64,000 bases of DNA. Origin: Chlorokybus atmophyticus. Taxonomy: Eukaryota; Plantae; Mesostigma and Chlorokybus algae. Location: assembly GCA_009103225.1 (NCBI GenBank), contig RHPI01002402.1, positions 653,412-717,411 of the forward strand, in the 5' to 3' direction. Below the pieces are notes generated by a model. That model worked only from the letters and a program-made list of their open reading frames with translations. It did no database searches and had not been told where the DNA came from. The translations under genes were made by a program, and so were the position numbers. Below, one piece after another: positions 37,832 through 50,700 of the stretch; within the stretch, counting starts at the first letter, position 1, and every line of letters begins with the position of its first letter.

Positions 37832-40391
37832 ATGATAAGCTTGCTTGTCTGCTGCTGGCAGGCCGAAGACCCCACTTTAGAGCGTTCCTTCCGCGGTCAC
37901 CGCGACGCCGTGTCAGCCGTCGCGTTCAATCCCAATATGCGCCAGCTCGTGTCCTCCTCCCTCGACGGCGCGCTCATGGTCTGGAACCTCAAGCCGCAGT
38001 TGCGTGCGTACCGCTTCGCAGGACACAAGGCGAGTACCTCTGTTGGCGTGTCATGCAACACTACGTAGCTCCGGCGTGCGCGCGCGTGACGAGTATTGTT
38101 CATGTGTATGCGTGCGTGTGCGCGCGTCCAATGTTGGGTATGTTGCGTATGCAGGCAGCTGTGCACTCTGTGGCGGTGTCCCCCGCCGGCGGCCTGGTGG
38201 CATCGGGCTCGAAGGACCGCACCGTACGGCTGTGGTTGCCCACCGTGTAAGCACAGTACCTCCTGTGTCGAAGACTTCGCATTGCACACATGTTGCGCTT
38301 ATTAACTCGCGACCCTCTGGAGTCAACGATATACCACAATCAACAACGCGTATTTCATTTGTCACAGGGAGGGGAAGTCGACGGTGCTCAAAGCGCACAC
38401 CGGCACGGTGCGGTCGGTGTCGTTCTCGCGTGACGGCCGCCAACTCCTCACCGCATCGGACGACAAGACGGTGAAGGTAAACAGACAGCTGCATTGCCTC
38501 CATGACTTGCAATGTTGCGGAATTGATGATGCTTATACTTATCTTTCATTATCTATCGTGTGTACTGCAGGTCTGGTCACTACCCACGCAGAAGTTCCAG
38601 TTCAGTCTCAGCGGCCACTTGAATTGGGTGCGATCAGCAGAGTTCAGCCCAGACTGCAGGTAGCTATTGAATACTGCGTTTTTAGCACTTCTTTCGCCAG
38701 GTAAAAGTTGCATCTGCTTCAAGATGTTGTGACTGTGCTTAATGAACAGAGTCGTGGCGTCTGGTGGAGATGACAAGACGGTCAAGGTGTGGGATGTACA
38801 AACACATCGACTGCTGCACTCCTATGATGATCACAACGGGTATGCAACTACAAGTGCAGTCACTGCCGCAGCGTACAGCGCGTGCGCGCACGTGCGCACC
38901 CACTCAATATTTGCATCACACGCGCACATAAGCGTACACGCAAGCGCATAGCTGTGCATGTTCGTAACTAAGTGTGTGTTGTGCGCAGAATTGTAAACTG
39001 CGTCCAGTTCCATCCAGATGGCACGTGTGTGGCGTCCGCATCAGCAGACAACACCATCAAGGTACCGTTTACAATTGCATTCAAGCACTTGAAGCAGTAT
39101 TCTTACACCAGATGTTGCATCTCCTCGCAGATCTGGGACACGAGGTCAAACACCTTGGTACAGCACTATGCGGGTCACTTGGGAGCTGTAAACTCTGTCA
39201 GCTTCCACCCCTCTGGCAACTTCTTATTGTCTTCGTCAAACGACACAACTCTGAAGGTATGTGTTACACAGCTGAAACCTATCCTCGCCTCCACGCTGAG
39301 ATTTGTATCTGTGCACAGGTGTGGGATCTTCGAGAAGGCCACCTCTTTTACACGCTTCATGGACACGAAGGTGCAACGACCTGCGCCGTGTTCTCTCCCA
39401 ATGGAGACTACTTCGCTTCCGGCGGTGCTGACGAGCAGGTGTTACATGCTCACAGCAGTTGCATGCACACACTTGTGGTAGACTGCGATAGCAACTTGCA
39501 CACTGATTTTGTTTCCCCTTTGCTTGCAACTGCAGGTCATGATATGGAAGACCAACTTTGACCGTGATCTAGGTACACGATTGGCAGTTGTCTTCAGCCT
39601 GTTGTGCTGCATTGTAAACAGCACTTTAACTAACTGCATGTGCTTGTGCAGATAAGTACGTGCAGTCGAACGCAGCTCAGCAGGCTGAAGCCCTGCAAGC
39701 CACGATAGCACGGGAAAGGGGGGCCGCGGCATTGCCAGTGTCTTCTCCTCCATCACCAACTCCCTCAAGACCAAACTCCGCTCGCACTCGACAAGCGTCC
39801 CCCTTGCGCTCATCGCAGCAGCGCTCCATGTCTGCGGGAGCTAAGGTGGGTCGTTGACTTTGAGCTTGTTTGTGTTGCACGCGCGAGCATGTTGACGTGC
39901 GATTGCCAATGCTGTGTGGTATTTGTAGATTGCGGCGACGTTACCAACGCCGCAGCCGCAACCGGTGCCGGCTTCCATTGCGCGCACGGTGGATGCGAAT
40001 GCGAATCCGGGCATGGTGGAGTTTGTTGCGGAAGAGAGCGCGCCCACGCCGATGACAGAGCTCGAGTCAATGGCAGGCACTCTGCAGGTATTGGAAAGTC
40101 AACATGTCACATCTTGGTGCTTGTGTGATTGAGCACGGTGTGTACTCCATGCTCATATGCCTCTGTGCAGCACATTGTTGGGCAGCTGGATGTCATTACG
40201 CAGACAATGACGTTGCTGGAGCAGCGGCTTACGCTGACTGAGAACAAGGTGAATTACCTTGAAATAGAACTGTTATTGCACACCTGTCGCACATCACTAT
40301 GCATGTGCTCATGCACCGTTGCCGTATGTAGGTGAAGCGAATAAGTGATCAACTAGATCAGAGGAGTGATGGCCCTCCAGCTGCCAGCTAA
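37832..40391 (+). CDS. POC1: Centriole/basal-body WD40 protein POC1
   Basis: [17 protein letters not shown]...[13 protein letters not shown]; seven WD repeats; C-terminal coiled coil [28 protein letters not shown]. The start is uncertain. Confidence 0.93.
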
Positions 40392-40832
40392 CACGGGCTG
40401 CCGGAACCAGGTTGTTCCATGTCATGCAATGAATTTCTTATCGCGCTTCTCTGCAACATACAATGTATGTGTATATAATATTGGACAGTCGGCACTGACC
40501 AGTGACTTGACCATAGTGTACCCTTACAGCCATGCATGTCAACAAGGTCAATAGCTCGATGCTTGGTCGAGCAGTGTGCACCTCAAATCGAGATTCTCCT
40601 GCAAGATGCTGATGACCAAGGCAATGCGTCAAGAATGGGCAATGCATCCTCCTTTGTTAACAAAGCGAGCAAACCCACAAGTGCTGGTGTTGGTGCGTAA
40701 GTTACCAACTCACCAGAAGGCAGCGATGAGGCAAGTGACCACACAGCGATACTTGTGGTGCAAAACAGCATCAATCAAACAACCAATGTCTCTATTTAGC
40801 GTGCAAAGCAAGAGGAACTGCTAACAACAGCG

Positions 40833-42648
40833 TTATGTAGTTTGTACTGCTTCTTGTGCAGCTCTAACAGCTGAAGGTATTTCGCCATCAGTCACCTTGA
40901 AGAATGTGTAAGAAAGCGTGAGGGTGTCAATCCCATCGCATTTAGGGTCGGTAGCAAATTCGGGATCCACATAGAAAAACACCGGCATGTCAATCTTCTC
41001 ACCCGGCAATAGCCGCTGCTCCTCAAAACAAAAGCACTGAATCTTGTTGAAGTACAATCCAGCCTGCCACGGCATCACGGTCTCAACAACACGCTACAAG
41101 ACTTGATGTGTGTGATGTCCGCACGACCAACAAGAGGGGTACTGACATGGTGTTTTCTGCTTACCCGCATTGGACTAACATTGTAGGTGGACACGCCTGT
41201 TACGGGCTCCTGGCTGGTGTTCTCTACAGTGTAAAATGCAAGTGTGCTATCACCGGGTCGCAGACGAACCTGAAAACACCAGGCATAATCAGACTGGTAT
41301 GCGCTTTATGCACAGTATCGCACGCATGCTGAGTATGATAGATACACACCTCGCGCTGTGTTGGCGTGAACTTCCAAGGCATGCCGTCCGCAACATCGGC
41401 ATTAAACTGGACCGTAAGTTCGCGCAACATGCTGCAATATGGACGTTAATCACCACGACGTTGCATGCACAGCTACTGCTACTTGAAATGCAATGTGCAA
41501 CTGCACCATAACAGCACGTTGTCACAAATCAAAGTACAAAACCATACTCCAAATCTTCCTGTGCGCACCTTTTGTCAACGGGTTTCGTAGCTTGCTGGGC
41601 TATCTTCTCTTCCAATGTCTAAAAGACGCGCGTGTGTGTGTATGTGTGTGCGCACGCGCGCGCATGTATGTTTGTCCCAACACCCACATGCAACAGTAAC
41701 AGTGCAAGTTGGATGTTGAACACCGGCATACCTGTTTTCTGCGCACTGTGCCGCCGTATCCCGTAGCCTGGCAGAACAATCTGTACAATGGCACGGCCGC
41801 GTACGTGGCGCCAATCATGCCAGCTGTTAGCGCCAACAGATACAGCAGGCCCGAGCGATTGCTGCGTTGTGTTGACGATGAGTCCGGGCGAGGGCGCCGC
41901 CCTGTTGTTGATGATGATGCCGTTGAACAAAAGCGCCTTAGCGGGTAGTCAGCCTGTGCAGGAAGGATTGAGGCATGCTATTGGCTGCGTCTACACATTG
42001 CTGGCAACTGCCGCACACATGAATGCAAACATAAACGGACCAACATGACAATGAATGCAGCCATGCTGTGAAGTAGTTAACTGCGCCAAGCACCGGGCAC
42101 AGTGCATTGCAGTTGAATAGATTTGCAACATACAACTACACTGTTATCAAGTGTTACCCAACTTGCAATTGACCAGTAAACTAATACAGCAGGACAAAAA
42201 GAGATGATATGCATGCAACAGCAGCGTAACAATCGTTACTACAAAAGATTACATGGCGGTTGACGCTGGACTGCGGTCTGGACGACGCAGCGACAGCAGT
42301 GTTGTGCACAGTGCTGCCGCTATGCGAGCCGTAGCTTCGCACGGGTTGCAGACATGCGCTACCTGTAGCTGATATGTTCATGCATGCTCGTACAAGAGGA
42401 GACGAGTGACGCAGTTTCTCTGCTCTCACAACTGCTGCTGCTGCCGCTGCGGACAGCTGCTGCCATGGCGACAACGATGACAACGACGACGACGATGACG
42501 TGGACGCCGCATGGCCTGAGGCCAGGCGCATGTGCTCGTCCAGCGTCAGCCGCTGCAGGCGTGCTGTCGGCCATTCCACCCAGGCCAATGCACTCGCGCT
42601 GGATGCTCGCCTGCCGCCCGCGACCACGGCGGCGGCGACGCTGCGCAT
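40833..42648 (-). CDS. COX11: Cytochrome c oxidase copper chaperone COX11
   Basis: TYAAVPLYRLFCQATGYGG; VQFNADVADGMPWKFTPTQRE; YFNKIQCFCFEEQRL; Arg/Ala-rich targeting peptide. Confidence 0.96.
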
Positions 42649-43286
42649 GTCGGTGAGCTACACGAATGCCACTGGTCGATGGCTCCGAATTATAACAGCC
42701 GAACAGCAACTTCCTATGCACACACAAACAACAAAGCTGACAAAGCTAATGGTGAACATAGCAGGCCTAGCGAATCCTTCACCAGTGTGCAACTTGCACC
42801 GCAAAGGAGGGGACCACATTGGACCCGGAAATTGGTTTACTTTGAGGGCTGCATCCATTGACACCATACGGAACAGTTTAAACCTGTACTTCATGTTAAA
42901 TTGGAACAGGAACTTGTGCTAAATTGTTTGCAGCAACAATCAACCCCTTGTCATTATATAATTACGTTTCATGCAACTGTAGACAAACCGTGCTACCACA
43001 AGTTCCTTGTAACACCGCACCTCATATAGCAAGCTATGGCAGCAAAGGTTGCTATCATGCGAGAAGCTACATATTTTATTGATGTGATTCAACATTTACA
43101 AGTTGTATACAGTGCATATTTCCGACAATATGTGATCATCAGCAACTAACTTGACACAATAATAATCTGTACAATGCAGCGAACATATTCTCAATTGTAC
43201 AAGTAAAGCATATACATCCATCCGTTAAAAATAATATCGTGAGCACCGCTTCATGCGAGTACTCTTGACGCAATGGTCGTTGGGTG

Positions 43287-43580
43287 ATCACCCCACTCTG
43301 ATAGTCACTCACTCTGGTCGTACCGATACCGACTTGCAATTTGATTTGCAAGGTGCAACTTGTTTCAGATTATCAACTGGTCCACTGTAGCTAACAGCTG
43401 AGAGCTATTGAACTTCAAACCGACAACCGTAACACATCACCCCACTCTGATAGTGAATCGCTTACTCACTCCGGTCGTATCAGTAGTGACTTGCAAGTTG
43501 ATTTGCAAGGTGCAAGTTGTGTCAGATTGTCCACCAGTCCACACTAGCTAATAGCTAGTGGCTGTTGAAACTCACATCAT
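43287..43580. repeat. Imperfect tandem duplication, period about 149 bp
   Basis: ATCACCCCACTCTGATAGT...GACTTGCAA.TTGATTTGCAAGGTGCAA.TTGT.TCAGATT occurs at 43287 and 43436. Confidence 0.9.
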
Positions 43581-43811
43581 GTGTCACCTTAAAACATCCG
43601 CAGCGTATGTCACTTAACACGGTGCTGTCTGACTTAAATGGTGCTGGTTTTCGTCGCGATTTGTGACTCGTGTTTCACAAGTCGTGAACAGTCTTGATTC
43701 ACTTTGATTCACGACTCTCCACTCGCAAACAACAGTACACGTGGGCCAAGCGTCCTAACTGAAGTCCCCACATGCCGGCAAACTTTGCTGTGCCTGGCGC
43801 GCCTTTCCAGC

Positions 43812-44572
43812 ATGACGATGACCGGCTACACGTTGCCCTCCGCGTCCACCTCCACGGCATCGCCCACCATCGAGTCGCTGTGGGAGGGAGCGATCGCAGC
43901 GACCGAGGTCAGGGAGCACCCGCAGGAGGTGGGTCAATTGTACAGCGACGATGCTGCGCAGATGACGAAGCTAAACAGCCACAGCCACAGCCACAACCAC
44001 AACCACAACCACAGCCATAGCCATAGGGATAGCCACAGCCATCATCACAACCAGCACAGCCAGCCCAACTCCGGCGGCAGCGACCCGGACGACCCCCTGC
44101 ACGACAACGACGAGCGGCGTGCCAGGCGCATGCTGTCCAACCGCGAGTCCGCCCGTCGCTCCCGCCAGCGCAAGCAGCAGCACCTGGACCAGCTGCGCAC
44201 GCAGGCGCAGCACCTGCGGCTGGAGAACGCCACCATCCTGAACAAGCTGCACTTCGCCGCCCGACACTACGGCACCGTCACGGAGGTGCGTCGTTGATAT
44301 CAGCGCAACTGTCCGAGCTTAACCACTCTTTGCGCGGTGATGTGTTGTTGGGCTCAATCGGGCAAAGAGTTGCCTAAGAACAAGCAGCTGCGGTGGTCCA
44401 GCTGCGTGCGCGTTATCAAAGCTATATACGGCGTCAGGTGTCTCACACTACTTTGTTCTCTCAGGAAAACAGGCAGCTGCGGGCCGAGGCGCTGGAGCTG
44501 CAGCACCGCCTACAGTGCCTGAGACAGGCGGTTAATCTGCCAGTCAACAACAAGGCGGACGTCGCCTGCTGA
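43812..44572 (+). CDS. bZIP transcription factor (plant group S/C-like), 2 exons, with a His-rich tract
   Basis: DERRARRMLSNRESARRSRQRKQQHLDQLRTQAQHLRLEN...|ENRQLRAEALEL; intron 44286-44464. Confidence 0.93.
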
Positions 44573-45571
44573 GAGGGTAGAGTTCGATGGTTAGGGGTAT
44601 CCTCCTTTACTCCAGCATACACATACACAGGCACAAGTCAGAGTGTAGTGCGCCTCTCCCTTGGTGCTGCTAGAACTAGTCAGCCTGCATTCCACCCTGC
44701 ATGCGTGGCGACGGAGCAGATAGTATGGCAGATGCTAGTGTTGGGCTTCTTTCTCTGTTTGCACATTGTTAGACAGACCTTCATGGAGCCATCATGCACG
44801 CCGCCACCCGCATGTAGCACGCAGACAAGTTGTTGTAGAGTGTACATGAGGCTTGCTAGCCACAAGTAGCAGCAAGTACCTAGCTTCATGTAAATAGACA
44901 GCTCAATTTGAGCAACACATGCGTATTTCTTCTTTGGCACTACAGAGTGGTAAAACGCTGCTGGCTTCACGATGTGCTCAGGACCTGCTCTGCTGCTGTA
45001 TATTTTTTATCAACCTGGATGCTGGATGGTGCTCAGTGTTGGGACATGCATCGTTTTTGCTTATGCATTGCTGACGGCCTCAAGGCAGTGGCGCGCTTTC
45101 ATTTGCACATTCTTTGGTACATGTTGAGGTTGGTGCATGGCCCGCAAGAGAACATAGTATTTAAACGCACTACTGCTTGTTGCTGACATATGCACACAAA
45201 CAGTTTGTATTTGTAGCAGTGAGCAAGTGCCAACACAGAGAGCTTTGTGCCTGCCTAAGGTCAGTCCCGTGCGGCATACAGTGGCAACACGTATGAGCAA
45301 TACTCCAATACAACCATTGTGGCAGCCAGAACTTGCACAGCTCTCTGAGCAGCTTTCCACGAACATCAAAGCCAACTACCGCACCAACCGGCAATGCACA
45401 ACATGCTGCCGCATGCTGATTGGTGCGCGTGCAATGTTCAGCCTACGGTATGTACCAACCATGTTTGGTTGGTAGATACATGTTTTAGGCTCCCAATAAC
45501 ATTGCATGCTTTTACTGGGAGCCTATGCAACACGAGCAATGTATAATACAATTTCGGGTGGCTGGGTGGGG

Positions 45572-47633
45572 TCAAAACAGCTCTATGCGGCATTTGCTTG
45601 CCAGCTGAGCAATCTTGGCGTTGCTGTCCAACCTGTAAGGCAACCACTCTTCCAGCTGCTTGAAACCGAGCTTCTCGTAAAACTTGCGCGCCGAGTTCCA
45701 ATGCAGCACCGCCAGGTCTATCCTCTGACATGATCGATCCAGAGCTATGCGCGCAATACCTGTTAACATGTGTACGCAGAAAACATTGTCACTTATGTGA
45801 CTTGGACTGTATGCGTGTTTCATTGCCGTCTATGTTGGCTAATTGCAAACAGGGAGAGAATTGTGGGATTGCAGCACAGAGTGTGTCACTGTGTGCTTAC
45901 GTGCTAGCAAAGCTCGCCCCAAGCCGAAACCTCGCGCCAACTCCTTCACAAATAAGTCCTCAACATAGATCCCAGGCCGCCCTGCAAACCAACCAAAACC
46001 TATCAATGGATGATGAACAGAGAAGTATGACACAGACTGATTCAAACGAGAAACATTGCCGATGCGAGTTCAGTCATGAAGGCAGGACAATGCTGCTTGT
46101 GCATGACCACCTGCAAGTGAAGACACAAAATCTCAGATCCCTGCAGTGAGGTCATTGCCAGCGGCATGACTTCAGCATTTCAATGATAGCCCACTGCCGG
46201 ATTCGATGTCAATCGCAACGCGCATGACGGTATGAGTTAGTGTGTGTGTACCTTTCCAGGTGCTGTAAGTGTGAAAGAAGAGGGCGAAGCCAACAGGCAC
46301 GTTGTCCAGCTCCGCGATGAGCACTTCAAAGCGCGGCGTTGGGCCAAAACCGTCCCGCATATAGTCCGCCTCTGACATCTGCACCGTGCTCAGCGGCTCC
46401 TGCATATGTGCACGCATGCAGGCAGACTTGTCAGTGCATGCTCTCAGGCAATCAATGACCGATTGGGTGAGATTGCTGGTGAGTTAAACAGCAGCATGTG
46501 CATAGCAGCAACCATGCACCAATAACGCGCATGGCCTGTTTAAATGCTCAGGAGAGTCAGCTTCACGGGACAACTGACCGATAACGCTCGGCTGCGTTGT
46601 GTAACCAGAATTATAAGCTTCCAACATGCTAAGAGATTTCGTTGACGGTGTTCTCCTGTTTCCTCATGCATGCAAGCTGTCAGCAGCACCAAACACGACT
46701 CATCTCTTCAGGAGTTGCCTTGATGCAGCAGCGAGTGGCTGACACTGCTGCACAGGTCTGTGCTTCTTAGGTACAATTTTGTTGAAACAAGGGGACCAAG
46801 CCTTGAAGTCGCATCCTGCCTAGCATGCATGCACCACACAAGGGCATACCAACAACGTGTGCTGTGCATACTAAGCCACACATAAAGGACACGTGACTGA
46901 GCTTGATACCATCAACTGGTCCATAACAACTTGGATGTGGCTAACTGCTGCAGGAATTGGTGCAGAAACGCAGCCTGTTGACTGATTCGTGTAATTGTAC
47001 GTCACATTGTGTGCAAGCGCAACCCACCTTCTCAAAAGTAGCAAGCGCTTTGACGAGGTCCACAACGACGTGGCCATCCTGCGTGCAACCAGGTTGCTTG
47101 CTTTAACTTCATGCAACGACTGTCACGTGTGTTCAAGCGAGCGAGAAGTAAGCAAGAACTTGCAGACCCAAAGACCCAAAGACCCAAAGACAGGGCAGAG
47201 GTTGCGCGTTAGACAAGTCTGCAGGAGTAGGCACACTTCAGCACAATATAGAAGGGCATAGCTGCTTGGATGCAGGCAGCAGTGTGCTTGTCTTGGTTGT
47301 GAAGCCAGGCACTAAAGGAGCACAGTGGCAAGCGCCGACAAGAAGGTTATCTGAGGATCGTGAACAAGCATGTACCCAACTCTGTTTGTGCATTGTGTAA
47401 CGGCTGAAGCATGCTGAGTGCGCTGCGCCTCATACGCAGTCGTACCTAAGCTCACGCAAGCACACTGCAGTTGTAAACAGTAGTTGACCAAAGCGCAGCA
47501 CAGCAGGACTGGACGGCGTCGCTCCTTCTCCTACACGCACCTCACGTGTGGCTTCCCGGACGCGCGTCCTGCCAGCGTCGGCCCACGTTTCCAGGTTGGC
47601 CGCCGCGGCGGTTGATACCGGCGAGGCCGACAT
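45572..47633 (-). CDS. GNAT N-acetyltransferase (SSAT2/NATA1-like)
   Basis: RVREATRE|DGHVVVDLVKALATFEK|EPLSTV...VGFALFFHTYSTWK|GRPGIYVEDLFVKELARGFGLG...VLHWNSARKFYEKLG. Confidence 0.88.
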
Positions 47634-48448
47634 TGCCAAAAAACTTTGTACGCCTCCTCCTGCTCCTGCTCCTGCGCCCCCGCCCCCGCCTCCGCCTCCG
47701 CTGCGTGCAAGTGGCTTGCACTGTGATCGTTACTGGATCGATCCGCCGGATGGTTGGGAGAACGTTGCGTAACTAAGCTCTGAAGTGCACTTTAACCGCA
47801 CTTGAAGCCAGCCTGCGTGTAAAGCAGCCCAAATACACTTTTGCTTGCAATGTTTATTGTAGTTATGGCTGCTCATCAGAGCAGTGGCAATGCGTGATCA
47901 AACTACTGTCATGGTTGGGTCCAGTGTTTCACCAGCAGGCAGTTCAGGCCCCCACAGGTTGTGTGTTTTCGCAGCAACTGCACAGTTGATGCAGAGATGT
48001 CCAATACATATCGAATATATCCTCTATGATCGTGGTTCCACACTTTTGAGCTCACGTATAGGCATGGACTGTGGACAGACTGTGGCATAGGCAAGCAATG
48101 TGACCAAGCAACAAGCAACACCAACAGCAACAAGCAACCAGCAAGCTAGCTAGCAGCGGCAGCGAACAGGCCAAGTTAGCGGTAGCACAAGGCACAGCAG
48201 GTAGCAGCAAGTACGATAGCAGTAACGCGCTGGGCCCTCAGCAGCGCGTGAAGCATAGCAAGGCAGCAAGCAACGTATAGACAGAAAAGAGAGTTGGGCA
48301 TGACACTTCATTGTTACGTGCGTTGCATGCCAACGCTATGCAATCCGTGCAAACTGAGTATAGAGGGACAGAATTACAGGTGCACCTAGCTGGGTGACAA
48401 TGACATTCCGCGAACGGGCGCATGCAGAAACTCTACAACATATCTACA

Positions 48449-50467
48449 TCAACTGTTCTCCTGTAGGAAGAGCATGGCTTGTGGGTGGAGTCCACTGTGC
48501 TGCAGGGTTTGTGCGCGTGTTTCCGGGCCGTACACTTTGCGAGGAAAGTTGGTGGCCAGGCTGTAGTCATCTACCTTTACAAAGTCTAATGAATCAACAA
48601 AATCGTACACAGTCTGCACAGTGGCGGAGGCGGGGAAGCGCCTGCTCACGCGCTGGCCGTCGGGAAGACGGATGAGCAGCTCCGACGTCCCGGCGGTGCC
48701 TTTCTCGGGTTCGGGAGGCAGCGACGCAAGTGCTTTCCGCCGCCTCTCCTCGCGTGCTTGCTCACGTAGCCGGCCCTGCTCCTGCGCAGCTTCTACTTCG
48801 GCCTTCGCACGGGCCTCTGCGGCGGCTTGCGCTTCGACCTCTGCGCGGACACGTGCTTCAGCCTCAAGGCGTTCACGCTCTCGCGCACGATCGACCTCGA
48901 GTGAGGCGTGATACGCAGCGTCCTGCTCCTCTCTCAACCGGCGGTTGAGGTCTCTCTCTTCGGCATCAAGGCGTGCTGCGGTGAGTGCAGCACCATGCTC
49001 ATTGACAGCGTGCGTGAGCGTGGAGATGAACTCATCCACAGACACGGGCCCTTCAAGGCTTGTAACCAAGGCGGCTGTGCCGCCCCGGCTCATCAGCACT
49101 GCCACGTAAGGGAACGTGGCTGTGCGCAGTATGTTGGCAAGCTGAAAGGCGTCGCTGTGCCGCACATCGCCTGCCCACACCAGAAACTGGCTGTTCAGGA
49201 AGTCAATGACAGCTTGTGAGGACAGAACGCGGCGGCAGAAGTCTGGCGTATTGACGTGGTCTCGCGCATGCAGGTATACACAGAGGAATCGATGGGAATC
49301 ACGCGCGAGCTTCAAAGCGTCCGTGTATGGCATGTCCACGAATGCAGGGTGCTACGCGACAACATAAGTCATTACCCTAAGGCAGCATACACATTGCATG
49401 GTCCTCAATGTAAGAGAAGTTAGCACGTATAGGGTTCCGCACAAGCAAAGCAAGACACTGCATAGTGCACATGAACGAGATATGCACCTGGCTGCCATAT
49501 GTAGCCTCATACTCGTGCAAGAAGGAGCGTGTGGCAGAAGTTTGATTGTCGGTGCCTCCCCCCAGAGCCTGCGTATTTCCCAAGTGTGAACTAAGCTGAC
49601 ACCTCAAGCAACATCACAGCACACAGAATGCAGGAGAGCTGTACCTGTAAACCAGCTGGCAACAGACTTAGTGCCAAACCCGCAACCCGCCAACTCAGTA
49701 ATAGTGCGCCGGACACCAGGCCAAATCCGGTGCGTAGAATGGCCTCAGGCACACCAAGTATACCCCTGCTGTAGTATGGCCTAATTATCGCACCAGCGGC
49801 ATTGTGAGCGTTTGCGGCGCGACTACTGCTGCCTGCTTGATTACGTCTGTCGGGAACCAGCGGCGCCTCATCGCCATAGTCACCAAAATCATTGTTGACA
49901 CTGAGAAAAGCTGTGACCGCTGCTTCAACATTCCAGCTGTGCGCATCCAGAACGCTTTTGCTGAACTCTGTGTCACTTACACCTGCATTGCAATTGTTTA
50001 AGCTCATTCTCATTCCATCGCCGCGCACGTGAGTCAACAAGTGAGGGTTGTGTCAGCAACGCAATTCAAGCGTATGAGGCTATGAGCAGCATCTGCCATG
50101 CACACAACTGCCTGACGGCAGCAACGAGATGTGCAGATGGAGGTGCGTGACGGTTGACTGTTTCTCAACTGCCTGACTATACACTACTGCACGGTGGTTG
50201 ACTGAGCAACTGGCGAACTGGCATGGCCTGAGGCGCAGACCACGATTGCTTCAAATACTGACAGCAACGGTTGTTGGGACAGTGCAGTTCACACAGTGGA
50301 GTGAGCTACAATTAGGTTATCAATCTAGCTAACTGCATGCAACAAAATGCAATGCAGGTAGAGGCGCAAGTGTGCCGGGTCCAGACAGAAAGTCATACTC
50401 CCTGCATACCTGTAACAGACTGAAAAGACGCCAGCTTTTCATCTGCCGAGACATCGGCGTGCGCCAT
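48449..50467 (-). CDS. PUX10: UBA-UAS-UBX Cdc48/p97 cofactor (PUX10/FAF2/Ubx2-like)
   Basis: MAHADVSADEKLASFQSVT|GVSD...SWNVEAAV (UBA); hydrophobic hairpin; FLCVYLH...TPDFCRRVL (UAS); coiled coil; IRLPDGQRVSRRF...TNFPRK (UBX, FPR motif). Confidence 0.9.
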
Positions 50468-50605
50468 GCCGACACCAGCCCATACAGCGCAACACACCAG
50501 ACGCAACGACCACCGAAACGACAACGACGACAGCAGCAATACCGCCGCTACTACCAGGCACACTGCTGCAAAGTCGAAGTTGTGCCCGGCACAAAACGTT
50601 TTGCA

Positions 50606-50626
50606 AAACCCTAACCCTAACCCTAA
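50606..50626 (+). promoter_or_regulatory. Telobox extended as (CCCTAA)3 in the PUX10/UFD2 divergent promoter
   Basis: AAACCCTAACCCTAACCCTAA read directly. Confidence 0.6.
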
Positions 50627-50700
50627 CTCTAGAGCGTAGTCTAACCCACTTGTTGGCCTGAAAGGTCGCAGTGGCGGAGGCGATAGCAGGGGAGGCGGCG

